This document shows positions 62,942 through 64,000 of a stretch of 64,000 nucleotides of DNA, in pieces. The notes below the pieces were generated by a model. The model was given only the letters and a program-made list of their open reading frames with translations, was not told the DNA's origin and made no database searches. The first letter of the stretch is position 1. Every line of letters starts with the position of its first letter. This DNA is from Alphaproteobacteria bacterium. Its GTDB lineage: Bacteria; Pseudomonadota; Alphaproteobacteria; MPNO01; UBA830. The translations under genes were made by a program, and so were the position numbers. The DNA lies in contig OZ251539.1 of assembly GCA_965243135.1 (NCBI GenBank), positions 1,120,001 through 1,184,000 of the forward strand, given 5' to 3'.

Positions 62942-64000
62942 ACGTATTCAAGGCATTCCGGCAAGAAATCGAAAAAATCGCGGAACGGATGTCGGACCGC
63001 GGCGAGTTGCCCCCGGATCTGCCGCTGGACCGGATAACCGTGGAGCCCCCGCGCGACCCGGCGCATGGCGACGTTTCGTCCAACGTCGCCATGGTTCTCG
63101 CCGGACCGGCCAAGCGCAAGCCGCGCGACCTCGCGGAAGGCGTCGCGGCGGCGCTCCGCGAGAACCCTGACGTGGAGGCCGCCGAGGTCGCCGGCCCGGG
63201 ATTCGTCAATCTTCGCGTCGAAAACGGCTTCTGGCAGGCGCGGGTCGCCGACGTCCTCGAGGCCGGCAGGTCCTATGGCGACAGCGACGTCGGCGGCGGG
63301 CGGCGCGTCAACGTGGAATACGTTTCGGCGAATCCCACCGGCCCGATGCATGTCGGCCACGCCCGCGGCGCCGTGATCGGCGACGTTCTGGCGACGCTGC
63401 TCGGGAAGGCCGGCTACCAAGTCACGCGCGAATACTACGTCAACGACGCCGGCGCGCAGATCGAGGCCCTCGCCCGGTCGGCGCTGCTGCGCTACCGCGA
63501 GGCGCTCGGCGAGAGCGTCGGCGAAATTCCCCCCGGACTCTATCCCGGCGAGTACCTCGTCCCGGTCGGGAAGGCCCTTGCGGATCGCGACGGCGACAGG
63601 TGGGTCGCCGCGCCGGAGGACGAGGCGCTGGCCGCCGCGGGCGACTTCGCTGTCGCCGCGATGATGGCCGCGATCCGGGAGGATCTGGCGGCCCTCGGAA
63701 TCGCGCACGACGTCTTCCGCTCCGAGCGCGACCTTCACGACAGCGTCTCAGCGGTGGTCGGGGAACTGCGGCGGCGCGGCCTCGTTTACGTCGGCACGCT
63801 CGATCCGCCGAAGGGCCGCAAGCCCGACGACTGGGAGGAGCGCGAACAGCTGCTGTTCCGTTCCACGGAGTTCGGCGACGACATCGACCGGCCGTTGAGA
63901 AAATCGGGCGGAGACTGGACGTATTTCGCGGCCGACATGGCTTACCACCTCGACAAGTTCAGGCGCGGCTTCGACCTTATGGTCGATGTCTGGGGAGCCG
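62938..64000 (+). CDS. argS: Arginine-tRNA ligase (3' truncated by window edge)
   Basis: HGD...[45 protein letters not shown]. Confidence 0.95.
   Translation, partial: MNVFKAFRQEIEKIAERMSDRGELPPDLPLDRITVEPPRDPAHGDVSSNVAMVLAGPAKRKPRDLAEGVAAALRENPDVEAAEVAGPGFVNLRVENGFWQARVADVLEAGRSYGDSDVGGGRRVNVEYVSANPTGPMHVGHARGAVIGDVLATLLGKAGYQVTREYYVNDAGAQIEALARSALLRYREALGESVGEIPPGLYPGEYLVPVGKALADRDGDRWVAAPEDEALAAAGDFAVAAMMAAIREDLAALGIAHDVFRSERDLHDSVSAVVGELRRRGLVYVGTLDPPKGRKPDDWEEREQLLFRSTEFGDDIDRPLRKSGGDWTYFAADMAYHLDKFRRGFDLMVDVWGA

Overview
High-GC alphaproteobacterial (Rhodospirillales-like) chromosome segment. Most of it is conserved core synteny: slt-dapA-smpB, udg-NYN, folK-rpoZ-rel-pdxJ-acpS-lepB-rnc-era, recO-parC, TRAP transporter, bpt/ate, phaC, alaC-hom-glpX-recJ, tRNA-Glu, pcm-tolC-popZ-valS, ilvD, xth-erpA-dgt-argS. 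Accessory material lies in the first 13 kb (ATPases, two tRNA-Gly(CCC) genes, catabolic operons), in a ~7.3 kb island splitting era from recO, and after tRNA-Glu. The main finding is an 868-nt group II intron with no RT ORF (30704-31571), inserted in sense orientation in an AAA-ATPase/PD-(D/E)XK nuclease gene. Its EBS1 matches the exon, removing it restores the reading frame, and a near-identical intron-free paralog with the same empty target site lies 27 kb away. The same island carries IS30-like ends, a structured non-coding segment resembling an IS110 left end (possible orphan bridge RNA), and a 26-bp motif repeated at its borders. All calls come from reading the sequence and recalled family motifs; no searches were run.
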